Shown piece after piece: positions 1-8,824 of a DNA stretch of 64,000 nt. The number at the start of each line of letters is the position of its first letter. Position 1 is the first letter of the stretch. Below the pieces are notes generated by a model. It did no database searches. It worked only from the letters and a program-made list of their open reading frames with translations, and had not been told where the DNA came from. The translations under genes and the position numbers were made by a program. Source of the DNA: Spirochaetota bacterium (lineage in GTDB: Bacteria > Spirochaetota > Spirochaetia > Treponematales > UBA12059); contig JAHIWG010000110.1 in the NCBI GenBank assembly GCA_018816345.1, forward strand, positions 22,399 to 86,398, in the 5' to 3' direction.

Positions 1-866
1 AAGGCCGCGCCGTCCCGATCGACGCCGACGTGGTCGTAATGCGCGACGAACGCCACGTCGGGCTCGAAGGCGCCGCCGTCGCCGTTCCACGTCGCCAGGA
101 CGTTCCTGCACGCCCTCCGCTCGAAGCCAAGCGGATTGACCAGGGTCGCGGTAGCGCCGGAGGCGGCCGCCGAGGCGAGGAACGCCGCGACGCCCTCCGA
201 GACGGCCATCTTGACGAGGGAGCCCTTAGGCTCGGCCATGAGCCGAGGACCCTGCCCCGGATACGTCGATCGCCGCTCGACGCTCGCGGCCTCGACGACG
301 ACGAGCAGCCCTACGGCGCCCCGCCCGACGAGAGCCTCGTCGTCGCCCTCGTCGTAGGCGTAGCCGGGAACGACCACGACGGCGCCCTCGGGGAAGTCGT
401 CGTCGGCCGAGGAAAGGTACGCCAGGGGGCCTACGGCCCGCTCCTCGACCCGGGCGCCCCTCGGAGACTCGCGGAACTCCTCGCGGAACCGAAGCTCCCG
501 CTCCGGGCCGCCGGGGACGGCGATCGCGCAGCGCGGCTCGCGCACGAGCTCGGGGACCATCTCCTCGAAGCCGCGGAAGGCCACCGAGAGCCCGACGCCC
601 TCCAGGGTCGCCGCGATATACTCGGCGGCCGCGCGGCCTCCGTCCGAGCCCGCCTGCCGTCCCCCATAGGCCTCGCCCGACAATTCCCGGACGACGGCGA
701 TCGCGGAGACGGAGTCGCCGCTCCTGTCCCCGGGAACGGCGCGCGCGGAGCAGGCGACGAAGGCGAGCGCGTAGGCGACGACCGCGCCGCCGGCTACGGC
801 CGCTACGGCCGCGGCCGCGAGCGGCCCTACGGCGGAGCGTCGTAGGGAACTTTCGTTACTATGCAT
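1..866 (-). CDS. M28 family metallopeptidase with PA-like insert, N-terminal part (runs off the window start)
   Basis: Not in the ORF track. Manual translation from ATG 866 is open to the window edge: MHSNESSLRR..., a hydrophobic signal-like stretch, ...YGGRQAGSDGGRAAAEYIA... and ...RNVLATW...VAFVAHYDHVG, the M28 'AHYDH' zinc-ligand motif. Confidence 0.8.
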   Translation of the reverse strand, partial: MHSNESSLRRSAVGPLAAAAVAAVAGGAVVAYALAFVACSARAVPGDRSGDSVSAIAVVRELSGEAYGGRQAGSDGGRAAAEYIAATLEGVGLSVAFRGFEEMVPELVREPRCAIAVPGGPERELRFREEFRESPRGARVEERAVGPLAYLSSADDDFPEGAVVVVPGYAYDEGDDEALVGRGAVGLLVVVEAASVERRSTYPGQGPRLMAEPKGSLVKMAVSEGVAAFLASAAASGATATLVNPLGFERRACRNVLATWNGDGGAFEPDVAFVAHYDHVGVDRDGAA

Positions 867-1054
867 AATCCCTATCGATAGAATACGCCCCTAGTCGAAG
901 CGCGAGGCGAGGCCGGAGCGAAATATCCGGCTTCCGCGCATCCTGGTGTTCGCCGGTCCTGCCGTTCGCCGGTCTGAAGTATTGATTGGGCGGGGGAGAA
1001 AAGCAAGGCGCTCGAATCCGCGGATCGGAGTATCCTTCAGGCTGCGGCGCGATA

Positions 1055-1459
1055 CTAGGAGACCGTCCTGACTACCCGAAGCAGTACCACCGTCTTTACG
1101 ACGCCCAGGGCTATCAGGAATACCTTGAGGACCATGTAGGGCGCCAAGTACGCGCCTACAAGCAGGGCTATCCATACCCAGGCGAGCAGGGTCAGCTTGT
1201 GCCTCATCGTCAGGCCCTTGCTACGGAACAGCCGCTTGAACATGCTCCCGTTCCGCAGCCAATCGCTGATCCGCCTGGAGCTCCTCAGGAACAGGAAGCC
1301 CGCGAGCAGGATGAACGGAGCCGTCGGCAGGATCGGCACCACGACTCCTAGCATCCCGAGCAGTAGGCAGACCGCGCCGAGGCCCGTAAGCAGGGCTCTC
1401 GCGACGGGACGGGCCTTGGGATCCTTTAGCCTCTCGCTCTCTGTTCCTTCGGGGCTCAT
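1055..1459 (-). CDS. YbaN/DUF454 family inner membrane protein
   Basis: LG.LG.VVPILPTAPFILLA...F.RSS.R...WL signature; hydrophobic. Confidence 0.85.
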   Translation of the reverse strand: MSPEGTESERLKDPKARPVARALLTGLGAVCLLLGMLGVVVPILPTAPFILLAGFLFLRSSRRISDWLRNGSMFKRLFRSKGLTMRHKLTLLAWVWIALLVGAYLAPYMVLKVFLIALGVVKTVVLLRVVRTVS

Positions 1460-1545
1460 ATGCGCCTTTCCGCTCTCGATTACGCCACCGGGATAAGCCG
1501 CGTCCGCCCGCGGGGCGTCCGCGGCCTATCGGCCGCGTTCGTCTA

Positions 1546-2928
1546 CTATTTCCTTATCTCCTCTATGATCGGCTTCCTAGCCACGAAGAACCAGGCCAGG
1601 AAGGCGAGGCTCGCGCCCCCCTTGAGCAGGAAGGCGGAGCCAGGGGAAACCTTATCGAAGAGGTAGCCGCCGAGCCCGAGGAACAAGAGGACGCCTATAG
1701 GCTGCATGGTGTTCACGCCGCCGAGGACGGCCCCCATCATAGCCTTAGGCGAGGCGTCGATGGCGAGCGCGTTGGAACCGGCGAACGAGCCGGCCTGGCC
1801 GATCCCGATGAGAGCGGCCGCCAGGAAGCAAACGGGACTGAACGGGGTCGGGGCGAAGGCCAGCAAGCACATACCGACGCCGCCGGAGAGGACGGTAGCC
1901 AAGATGGTCTGGACTCGGCCCCATCGGTCGGTAAGCATGCCGATTATAGGGAAGGCGACGAGGGCCACGCCGCCTTCTATCATCATGGGAATAGTGGCCA
2001 GCATGGTAGCGGTACCCGCGGCCATGCCGCTGTCGGAGGCGGCCTTGACTCCCCACGCGACCAGGTAGGTGCCGAGCACGATGATGTCGGCGCGCGTTAC
2101 CATCGCGCAGATATACGACGCCCTGAGCGCCCTGCTTCCCCGTAGCAGCGGGAGGATCTCCCTGAAGCGATGCCTTTCCGCGGTCTTCTCCGGCATATGG
2201 TCCTTCTGGAAGGCGAGCGCGACGAGGCCTCCGACAGCGGCGAGCGCCACGATGCTCATGATCGCCGAGACGACGCCGCTCCGCCGCAGGATGCCGCCGA
2301 AGACCCCGAACACGATTATAGCCGCGAGCCCCACGCCGGTGCCGTACATGGCCATGGCCTTGCCCCGGTCCTTGCCCGACGAGTAGTCGCCCCACATCGC
2401 TATCAGCTGGGGGTACCCGAGGATAAGGGCTACGCCTATGAGGAGGCGAGCCGCGTACGATACCAGGAGCCCCGGCGCGAAAGGCGCGAATTCCGCGGCC
2501 CTGCCGGGCATGAAGCTGAGCGCGGCGCATATACGCCCGGCCGCGCCGTTAGGTATGCCGAGCCGGGCGGCGATGGCGCCGGCGTTGCCGAACATGAAGT
2601 AGCAGGCGCCCGCCATGACGAAGCCCGCGAAGACCAGCCGCTTGCGGCCGAGCCTGTCGGACAGGGCGCCCACGGCCGCTACGAGCGCGAGCGTGGCGAC
2701 CTGGCTCATGTTCTGGAGGAAGCTGTTTATGGAGCCCGCGAAGCTCTGGTCTATCCCGACGACGTCGCTCATGAGGGCCGGCTGTATGACCGACGGCACG
2801 GTCATGAACATGCCCATGAGGAAGGTATTGATAAATAGGAATGTGAAATTCGCCTTCGAGATTCCCGCGGGCATCGCGATACCCGCGAATTTCATCTCTT
2901 TAGGCGCGACGCCATCGATTCCGTCCAT
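1546..2928 (-). CDS. MFS transporter (occupies the phlE-like position downstream of phlACB-like genes)
   Basis: MFS motif A twice (GALSDRLGRK, GMLTDRWGRV) and about 12 hydrophobic segments. Start moved to ATG 2928 with SD AAGGAG; the ORF-track extension overlaps phlB. Confidence 0.9.
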   Translation of the reverse strand: MDGIDGVAPKEMKFAGIAMPAGISKANFTFLFINTFLMGMFMTVPSVIQPALMSDVVGIDQSFAGSINSFLQNMSQVATLALVAAVGALSDRLGRKRLVFAGFVMAGACYFMFGNAGAIAARLGIPNGAAGRICAALSFMPGRAAEFAPFAPGLLVSYAARLLIGVALILGYPQLIAMWGDYSSGKDRGKAMAMYGTGVGLAAIIVFGVFGGILRRSGVVSAIMSIVALAAVGGLVALAFQKDHMPEKTAERHRFREILPLLRGSRALRASYICAMVTRADIIVLGTYLVAWGVKAASDSGMAAGTATMLATIPMMIEGGVALVAFPIIGMLTDRWGRVQTILATVLSGGVGMCLLAFAPTPFSPVCFLAAALIGIGQAGSFAGSNALAIDASPKAMMGAVLGGVNTMQPIGVLLFLGLGGYLFDKVSPGSAFLLKGGASLAFLAWFFVARKPIIEEIRK

Positions 2929-2939
2929 ACCCGCTCCTT

Positions 2940-3386
2940 CTATTCGCGGCATAGCGCGAACATGTATCCGTACATCCAGGCGCCCGTCTCTTCGCGCTTG
3001 TGCTTCCTGAGCACCATCCTCACGCGCGCCCCGGGAACCAGCTCGTCCTTCTCCGCGTCGACGAGCTCGGAGATCACCGTGATCCCGTCGTCGAGCCGTA
3101 TAGTGCATATCAGGCGGGGCGCGGTCTCGCCGTAGCCCATGATCGGATAGCCCATGTTCTCGACCTGCACGACGTCGATGGTCCCGAGCCGCGAGCAGCG
3201 ATACGGCTCGAGCTCCATACCCTTGCACTTGGGGCAATTGAGCTCGTCGCGCCGGGGGAACCAGAGCGACCCGCACGACTTGCAGCGGGAGCCCTGGAGG
3301 AGGTACCGCCCGAAGCGCTCGCGCCATGTCCGCATCGTGTTATAGCTCTCGAGCCTGGGCAGGATCTCCGGAAATTGATCGTTCAT
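2940..3386 (-). CDS. phlB: PhlB-like Zn-ribbon/OB-fold (DUF35) protein
   Basis: CKSC...FPRR...CPKC zinc ribbon, MGYGETAPR, RLDDG, VRMVLRKHKRE..AW.YGY.F; closely resembles PhlB as recalled. ATG 3386 with SD GGAGG; 148 aa. Confidence 0.85.
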   Translation of the reverse strand: MNDQFPEILPRLESYNTMRTWRERFGRYLLQGSRCKSCGSLWFPRRDELNCPKCKGMELEPYRCSRLGTIDVVQVENMGYPIMGYGETAPRLICTIRLDDGITVISELVDAEKDELVPGARVRMVLRKHKREETGAWMYGYMFALCRE

Positions 3387-3400
3387 TCTATACGCCCTCC

Positions 3401-4597
3401 CTAGCCGTTTTCCCGCTGCAGGATCGAGCACACTTCCATCGAGTGGTGCGAGCCGTAGGCCTGCGCCGCCGCCACGCGGGCGTTCGCGACCTGGCGCTCG
3501 CCGGCCTCCCCGAGGAGCTGCAGGTAGTTCTCGTAGATCTTCGAGCTGAAGTCGCCGCCGGCGCTCGAGTGTCCGTAGGAGATCGCCCCGCCGTCGGTAT
3601 TGGTCGGGCAGCGCCCCCCGAGACCGGTGCCGCCTTCCATCGCGAATTTGCCGCCGGACCCGACGGGTATGATGCCCATGCCCTCCAGCGCCTCCATGCC
3701 CTCGAAGGGCGACAGGTCGTGGACCTGGGCTAGCTGTATATCGGACGGCGTCACGCACGCCCGGGCGAGGGTCTCCTCCGCCGCGAGCCTGAGTCCCGGC
3801 TGGGTAGCCGGGTCGGCGTCGGCGAAGGCCTCGTGGCCGGCGTAGTCGTAATGGTTCCCGAGGTACGGCGGGCGCGTCCGGTACGATACGTCGAGGAGGA
3901 GGCGCGGGAGCTTCCTCTCCTCGACGACCTCCTCGGAGACGAGGATCAGGCACGAGGCCAGGTTCCTCCCCGTCGCCGTGCGCAGCCTGTACCCGGCGGT
4001 GTCGTCGGCCATCAGCTCCTCGTCGCTCGGGTCGAGCTTGCGCAGGGCCGAGTCGTTGCGCCTGCCGTACCAGTAGCACTGCTTGGCCCAGGCCGCGGCC
4101 GCCTCCTCGCCGTACCCGAAGCGCTTCTTGTAGGATTCGCTCCGGAGCGCCCCGTAGTTCTCGTGCGAGAACCCGAGCATGTAGTCGTATTCCGTATAGT
4201 TGCCTATAGGCCCCATGGCGTCGCGGAAGTCGAAGTTATCGGGCTTCGAGATGCCCAGGACTATGCCCGCCTTGTAGCGGCCGCTGGCTATATAGTTCCA
4301 GACCACGTCGGTGCATAGCCCGCCGCCGCAGCAGGCCTGCGAAATGGAGACGAATGGGCGGGGTATCATGCCTATGGCGTCGGCCGCCACGCAGCCCAGG
4401 GCGCCCTCGGTGATGGTCCTCTCGTTATACGATATCGCGCCTATGTCGACGTCCTTGACGGACAGGCCCGCGCGGTCGAGCGCGGCCTGCGCCGCCTGGG
4501 CTATGAACTGGCGCCAGGTAAGGTGGCTAACGCTGCGCGCGGGCGGCGAGACCGCCGCGCTCGCGAGGTATACCTTCGGAAACGTTCTCTTCGTCAT
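3401..4597 (-). CDS. phlC: PhlC-like thiolase-fold acyltransferase (SCP2-type thiolase family)
   Basis: 398 aa; nucleophile region SQACCGGG, EYDYMLGFSH (PhlC EYDYFLGISH as recalled), AQVHD, NTDGG..S.GH, QL.GEAGERQV. Confidence 0.85.
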   Translation of the reverse strand: MTKRTFPKVYLASAAVSPPARSVSHLTWRQFIAQAAQAALDRAGLSVKDVDIGAISYNERTITEGALGCVAADAIGMIPRPFVSISQACCGGGLCTDVVWNYIASGRYKAGIVLGISKPDNFDFRDAMGPIGNYTEYDYMLGFSHENYGALRSESYKKRFGYGEEAAAAWAKQCYWYGRRNDSALRKLDPSDEELMADDTAGYRLRTATGRNLASCLILVSEEVVEERKLPRLLLDVSYRTRPPYLGNHYDYAGHEAFADADPATQPGLRLAAEETLARACVTPSDIQLAQVHDLSPFEGMEALEGMGIIPVGSGGKFAMEGGTGLGGRCPTNTDGGAISYGHSSAGGDFSSKIYENYLQLLGEAGERQVANARVAAAQAYGSHHSMEVCSILQRENG

Positions 4598-4607
4598 TCC
4601 TGACTCC

Positions 4608-5693
4608 CTATAGGTAATTGCTGACGAGGGTCGCCGGCCGCAGGTACTTGAACTCGTACTTGGACGCGTGCGCGTAGTCCACGAGCGTCTTGTCCTCTAG
4701 CTGGAAGCCCACGAGGCCCGACGAGGGCCTGCGCCCGTCCAACGCGGCCGTCGTCCTGAAGCAGAGCGCGTCGGAGCCGGCCCCATATCCGTAGGAGCAC
4801 ACGAAGGCGCGCTGCCCCTCGTCGGCGTAATCGAGGAACTGGGCCAGCGGGATGAGCGCGCCGGCGGAGCCGCAGTCGCCTATGGACGACGTGAGCACGC
4901 TGTTCATGACGGTGACCACGTCGAAGCCGAGGGAGCCGCCTACCATCATGGGCTGGACGCCGGTCGCCTGCGGGAGCACTACCGCGTCGAAATCGGAGGC
5001 CGGGTCGAGCCCGAGCCGCTCGAGCAGGGCCTTGCCCGCGGGGACCGCGTGCTCGAGGAGGCCCCAGTTGGAGACGTAGCCGAGCCACCCTCCGCCCAGC
5101 TGGATATAGCGGTCGCCCTCTACCCGGTGGTAGTCGGACAGGTCGCTCGCCCAGGACCCGAAGCCCTCGAGCTCGGCGATGACGCCCTCCCTGCCGACGA
5201 GGCAGGCGAAGGCGCCGGCGGAGGCGCTGTACTCCATCTGCGTCCCCGGCGGGAAATGCCGGTTGAGCGTGTCGGCGCCTATGGCCAGCGCGTAGTCGGC
5301 GAAGCCGGCCTCCACGTAGGCGACGGCGCTGATGACGGCCGAGGTCCCCGACTTGCCGCCAAACTGCAGGTCGTAGGAGAACAGGTCGGGGCGCAGCCCC
5401 AGGGCGTCCTGCGCTACGGTCGCGGTCGCCTTCGTATCGAACGGGTTGGTGCAGGTGCCGAAGAACAGCGCGCCCACCGCGCCCCGGTCGATCCCGGACC
5501 GGTCCAGGGCCAGCTCGGCCGCGGCCACGCCCAGGGTCAGCGCGTCCTCGTTGGGCATCAGGACCGCCCGTTCGACGAAGCTCATCTTATCGAATATATC
5601 CGGCGTAACGTTCTCCCACACCTTCCATATCTCATGGACGTCGATGCGGTGCCGGGGTATCGCCGTGCCGTAGCTTACGATTCCGCTTTTCAA
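4608..5693 (-). CDS. phlA: PhlA-like HMG-CoA synthase/KAS III-fold protein lacking the catalytic Cys
   Basis: TTG start at 5693 after GGAGG; 361 aa. GIVSYG, ERAVL.P.ED, GTCTNP.D, QFGGKSGTSA (no Cys; HMGS has FACK), SYGYGAGSDA, C-terminal KYEFKYLR...YL as in PhlA. Confidence 0.85.
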   Translation of the reverse strand: MKSGIVSYGTAIPRHRIDVHEIWKVWENVTPDIFDKMSFVERAVLMPNEDALTLGVAAAELALDRSGIDRGAVGALFFGTCTNPFDTKATATVAQDALGLRPDLFSYDLQFGGKSGTSAVISAVAYVEAGFADYALAIGADTLNRHFPPGTQMEYSASAGAFACLVGREGVIAELEGFGSWASDLSDYHRVEGDRYIQLGGGWLGYVSNWGLLEHAVPAGKALLERLGLDPASDFDAVVLPQATGVQPMMVGGSLGFDVVTVMNSVLTSSIGDCGSAGALIPLAQFLDYADEGQRAFVCSYGYGAGSDALCFRTTAALDGRRPSSGLVGFQLEDKTLVDYAHASKYEFKYLRPATLVSNYL

Positions 5694-5713
5694 GGTGCGC
5701 CTCCGTGGCCTGG

Positions 5714-6043
5714 TTATTTCTTGGGGATTATCCAGAGGGAGCTGAAGGCGATTCCCTCCGTCATCGGGCCGGTGAACTTGAGCTGGCCGGAGCGGACGAG
5801 GCTCATCACGGGCTCGGCCCCGCTGAAGTACTTGACGAACGCCTCGTCGGAGACCGTCATGACGAAGCGCGGCTTCTCGGCCTTGCCTTCCACTACCCGC
5901 AGTTCCTGGTTCTTGACGTCCAGGTACCACTGCCCGCCGCCCTCGCCGGAGATGTCCAGCTGGATGATCCTCGTGTAGCCCTTCGCCTTCTTAGGGTTGA
6001 AGAGGGACGGGAGCGTCGCGATCGTTTCCTTTACCGTTGCCAT
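5714..6043 (-). CDS. SCP2 sterol/lipid-binding domain protein
   Basis: F.P.KA.G....IQLDISGEGGGQWYL.V.....V.EG....P....T.S......G...........G.LK..G pattern; ATG 6043 with SD GGAGG. Confidence 0.85.
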   Translation of the reverse strand: MATVKETIATLPSLFNPKKAKGYTRIIQLDISGEGGGQWYLDVKNQELRVVEGKAEKPRFVMTVSDEAFVKYFSGAEPVMSLVRSGQLKFTGPMTEGIAFSSLWIIPKK

Positions 6044-6070
6044 AGTTTCCTCCATTCGCTAGGTGAGTCT

Positions 6071-6826
6071 TTACGCGGTCGCTATCTGGCCGCCGTCTAC
6101 GAAGAGCGTCGCGCCGGTTATGAATTTCGCCTCGTCGGTGGCGAGGAACAGCACCGCCCCGGCGATGTCCTCGGGCTCGCCGAGCCTGCCCAAGGGGATC
6201 TTGCCGATGAACCACTTCTCCCGCTCCGGGTCGGCGAACAGGTCCCTCGTCATGCCCGTCCGTATCATGCCCGGCCCGACGGCGTTGACGTTGATGCCGT
6301 ACGGCGCCAGGTCGAGGGCCATGCCCTGGGTGAGCATCTTGAGGGCGCCCTTGCTGGCGTTGTACGACGACTGGCCGCGGCCGGCGATCACCGACATGAT
6401 CGACGTGATATTGATGATCTTCCCGTACATCTTCTCGGTCATGACCGACAGCACGGCCTTGGAGCAGCGGAACGCCCCGACGCAGCCTATATCGAGGGCC
6501 TTCACTATCTCGTCCTCCTGGGCCACGATGAAGGGCGCGAAGGGGTTGTAGCCCGGGTTGTTAACGAGGATATCTACCGTCCCGAAGGACGCGACGCATA
6601 GGTCGGCCATCGCGTCGCACTCGTCGGTGACCGACACGTCGCAGTGGACGGTCTTGACCTCGCCGCCTAGCTCCCTGACCATCCTCGCGGTCTCCTCGAG
6701 GCCCTCCATGTTGACGTCGCTGATGACCTGCCTAGCGCCCTCCCTCGCGAACATGACGGCGATGCCCCGCCCGATGCCCGAGGCCGCGCCGGTCACGATG
6801 GCGGCCTTGTCCTGCAATCTTCCCAT
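6071..6826 (-). CDS. SDR family NAD(P)-dependent oxidoreductase
   Basis: TGAASGIG, ILVNNPG, YNASKG (YxxxK), VNAVGPG.I.T.M, VDGG. Confidence 0.95.
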   Translation of the reverse strand: MGRLQDKAAIVTGAASGIGRGIAVMFAREGARQVISDVNMEGLEETARMVRELGGEVKTVHCDVSVTDECDAMADLCVASFGTVDILVNNPGYNPFAPFIVAQEDEIVKALDIGCVGAFRCSKAVLSVMTEKMYGKIINITSIMSVIAGRGQSSYNASKGALKMLTQGMALDLAPYGINVNAVGPGMIRTGMTRDLFADPEREKWFIGKIPLGRLGEPEDIAGAVLFLATDEAKFITGATLFVDGGQIATA

Positions 6827-6899
6827 TCCTCTTCCTCCTTTATCACTCGATTAGCCCCTACGATCCCTCGGCTACCTTCGCGCGCCTTGGACGCCCGCG

Positions 6900-7991
6900 T
6901 CAGGAATAGAAGACCCTGTCCTGGGCCTCCATGAAGCGCTCCATGTCGTCGGCCGGGCGTATCTCCGTCTCGAAGAGGCACGACTCGCCGCCGAGGCCGA
7001 GGGCGCGGACCATGTTAGTGCTGGGGTGCTTGTCGGGCGGCGTAAACAGCGACGCGGTCTTCCTCGCGTGCTCGTGGCAGTACACGCAGACGCCCAGGCC
7101 GAGCTCGGAGAGCGGTATACCGCTCTCGGCCGAGACGACCTCGAATATCCCCCGCTCCTCGCAGTTGAAGAACTCGGTGAAGCGCCACGAGGGATCGACG
7201 TCCTCCTTCCCGGCCGCGGCGTTCCGCTCGGTCGTGACCAGGTCCTGGTCGGCGAACATGCCGTAGCGGCCGAGCTGGCGCAGCGCCATCCCGTCGATGC
7301 CGGCCTTGGGGTACATGTCGGCGAAAAAAAGCTTCGTGACGCGCCAGCCGAATTCCTCGCCCGAGGCGTCGACGATGCGCTTCAGGCGCTCGAAGCCGCG
7401 GCGCTCTATGAGCAGCCTCGAGAGGACGCCCTGCCGTATGAGGCCGTAGTCGTAGGCGACCACGCCGCGCAGGCAGAACGTGAACCAGTCCCTAAGCAGG
7501 GCGTCGTCGAAGCGCCCCTCGGCCAGGGCCGCGTCGGAGCGGGCGCAGAGATCCTGATAGAGCGGGATCCAGCCCTCGCCCAGCCTCGCCGTCTCGTAGC
7601 TCTCCGCGTACGGCGCGAAGGCCTCGTACGGCAGGAGCGAGCCGTCGGCCAGGAGCTCGGCGACGTCGGCCAGGAACATGCGGTAGTATCGCTCGACGCC
7701 GTCGCGGTACTCCGCCTCGCCTACCGCCTCCGGCCACTCGCAGTACTCGTACAGCACGTCGAAGCGAAGGTTCATCTCGCCCTCGACCGCGCGCCAATAG
7801 GCCCCGGCTATCTTGAGCCCCGGGAAGACATCCCGGGGATCCCTCATGTCGCCGTTGACGAGCAGGTCGAGCTCGGCCTTGGCCCCCTCGGCGTCGCCCT
7901 TCGCGTACAGCGAGTCGGCGGCGGCGGCGTAGCCCTTGGCCCTCGCGAAGGTGATAGCCCATTTGTGGGAATGCTTGAGCGGGAAATTCAT
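6900..7991 (-). CDS. Hypothetical protein with a C-terminal Cys motif (ATC-hydrolase/V4R-like)
   Basis: 363-aa ORF, ATG 7991 with SD AGGAGG, host-like codon usage; C-terminal FFNC...GVCVYCHEH...LGLGGESCLFE. Confidence 0.7.
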   Translation of the reverse strand: MNFPLKHSHKWAITFARAKGYAAAADSLYAKGDAEGAKAELDLLVNGDMRDPRDVFPGLKIAGAYWRAVEGEMNLRFDVLYEYCEWPEAVGEAEYRDGVERYYRMFLADVAELLADGSLLPYEAFAPYAESYETARLGEGWIPLYQDLCARSDAALAEGRFDDALLRDWFTFCLRGVVAYDYGLIRQGVLSRLLIERRGFERLKRIVDASGEEFGWRVTKLFFADMYPKAGIDGMALRQLGRYGMFADQDLVTTERNAAAGKEDVDPSWRFTEFFNCEERGIFEVVSAESGIPLSELGLGVCVYCHEHARKTASLFTPPDKHPSTNMVRALGLGGESCLFETEIRPADDMERFMEAQDRVFYS

Positions 7992-8173
7992 GAGCGCCTC
8001 CTCCTGTCTATCCGCGACAGAGGATACGCCCGGCAAGGGAGGGCGCGCATCGACAGTACTGCGTATTCGGCATGGGGAGGATTACCCGTTTTACCGGGCG
8101 GCGGGATGGGGAGAAATGCGTAGGGCCGCGACTTGCCTCGACGGGCCGCGACGGGCCGGGCCTAGGTCGCGGC

Positions 8174-8824
8174 CTAGCCCGAGCTCTCGCCCTGGCCTAT
8201 CGCGTAGAGCGCGGCCTGAGTCCTGTTAGCCAGGTGCAGCTTGAGGAGGATGTTGCTGACGTGCTTGCCGGTGGTCTTCGGGCTGATGAAGAGGCGGTCC
8301 GATATCTCCTGGTTGCTCAGGCCCTGGGCCAGCACGCCGAGCACCTCCAGCTCGCGCTCGGTGAGGGCGTCGGGCCCGCCCTTGGCGGGCGCCTTGTCCC
8401 TGTTGAGCTCGCCAATGACCTTGAGGGCTATGCGCGGGTGCAGGGAAGACTCCCCCGCGTATACGTTCCTGATGGCGCTCAATAGCTCCTCCGGCGAGGC
8501 GTCCTTGAGGAGGTATCCGAGGGCGCCGGCCTTTATGGCGGCGAAGACCTTGTCGTCGTCCGAGAAGCTCGTCAGCACGAGTATGCGGGCCTCGGGGCGG
8601 AGCCCGTGGATCTCCCCTATGGCCTGTATGCCGTCCTTCTTCGGCATCACGAGGTCGATGAGCACCACGTCGGGCGCGGTCTCCACGACCCGGTCTACGG
8701 CCTCGGCCCCGTTAGCCGCCTCCCCGACGACCCTCATGTCGTCCACGGAACCTATGAGGTCGACGAGGCCCTTCCTGACTATAGGATGGTCGTCCGCGAC
8801 GACGAGGCGTATCTGCGTACTCAT
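8174..8824 (-). CDS. NarL/LuxR family response regulator
   Basis: VADDHPIVRKG, DVVLIDLVMPKKDG, LTERELEVL...GLSNQEI...HVSNIL.KL HTH. Confidence 0.95.
   Translation of the reverse strand: MSTQIRLVVADDHPIVRKGLVDLIGSVDDMRVVGEAANGAEAVDRVVETAPDVVLIDLVMPKKDGIQAIGEIHGLRPEARILVLTSFSDDDKVFAAIKAGALGYLLKDASPEELLSAIRNVYAGESSLHPRIALKVIGELNRDKAPAKGGPDALTERELEVLGVLAQGLSNQEISDRLFISPKTTGKHVSNILLKLHLANRTQAALYAIGQGESSG

Noticed and set aside
30-845. 271-aa plus-strand ORF
   Set aside because: Antisense shadow of the minus-strand M28 peptidase, which has real motifs.
3401-5693. Archaeal-type mevalonate module (HMG-CoA synthase/thiolase/DUF35)
   Set aside because: The synthase-fold protein lacks the catalytic Cys (QFGGKSG), has a PhlA-type C-terminus, and no HMG-CoA reductase or mevalonate kinases are nearby.
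1546-8036. Complete DAPG biosynthesis cluster
   Set aside because: No type III PKS (phlD), phlF, phlG or phlH in the window.
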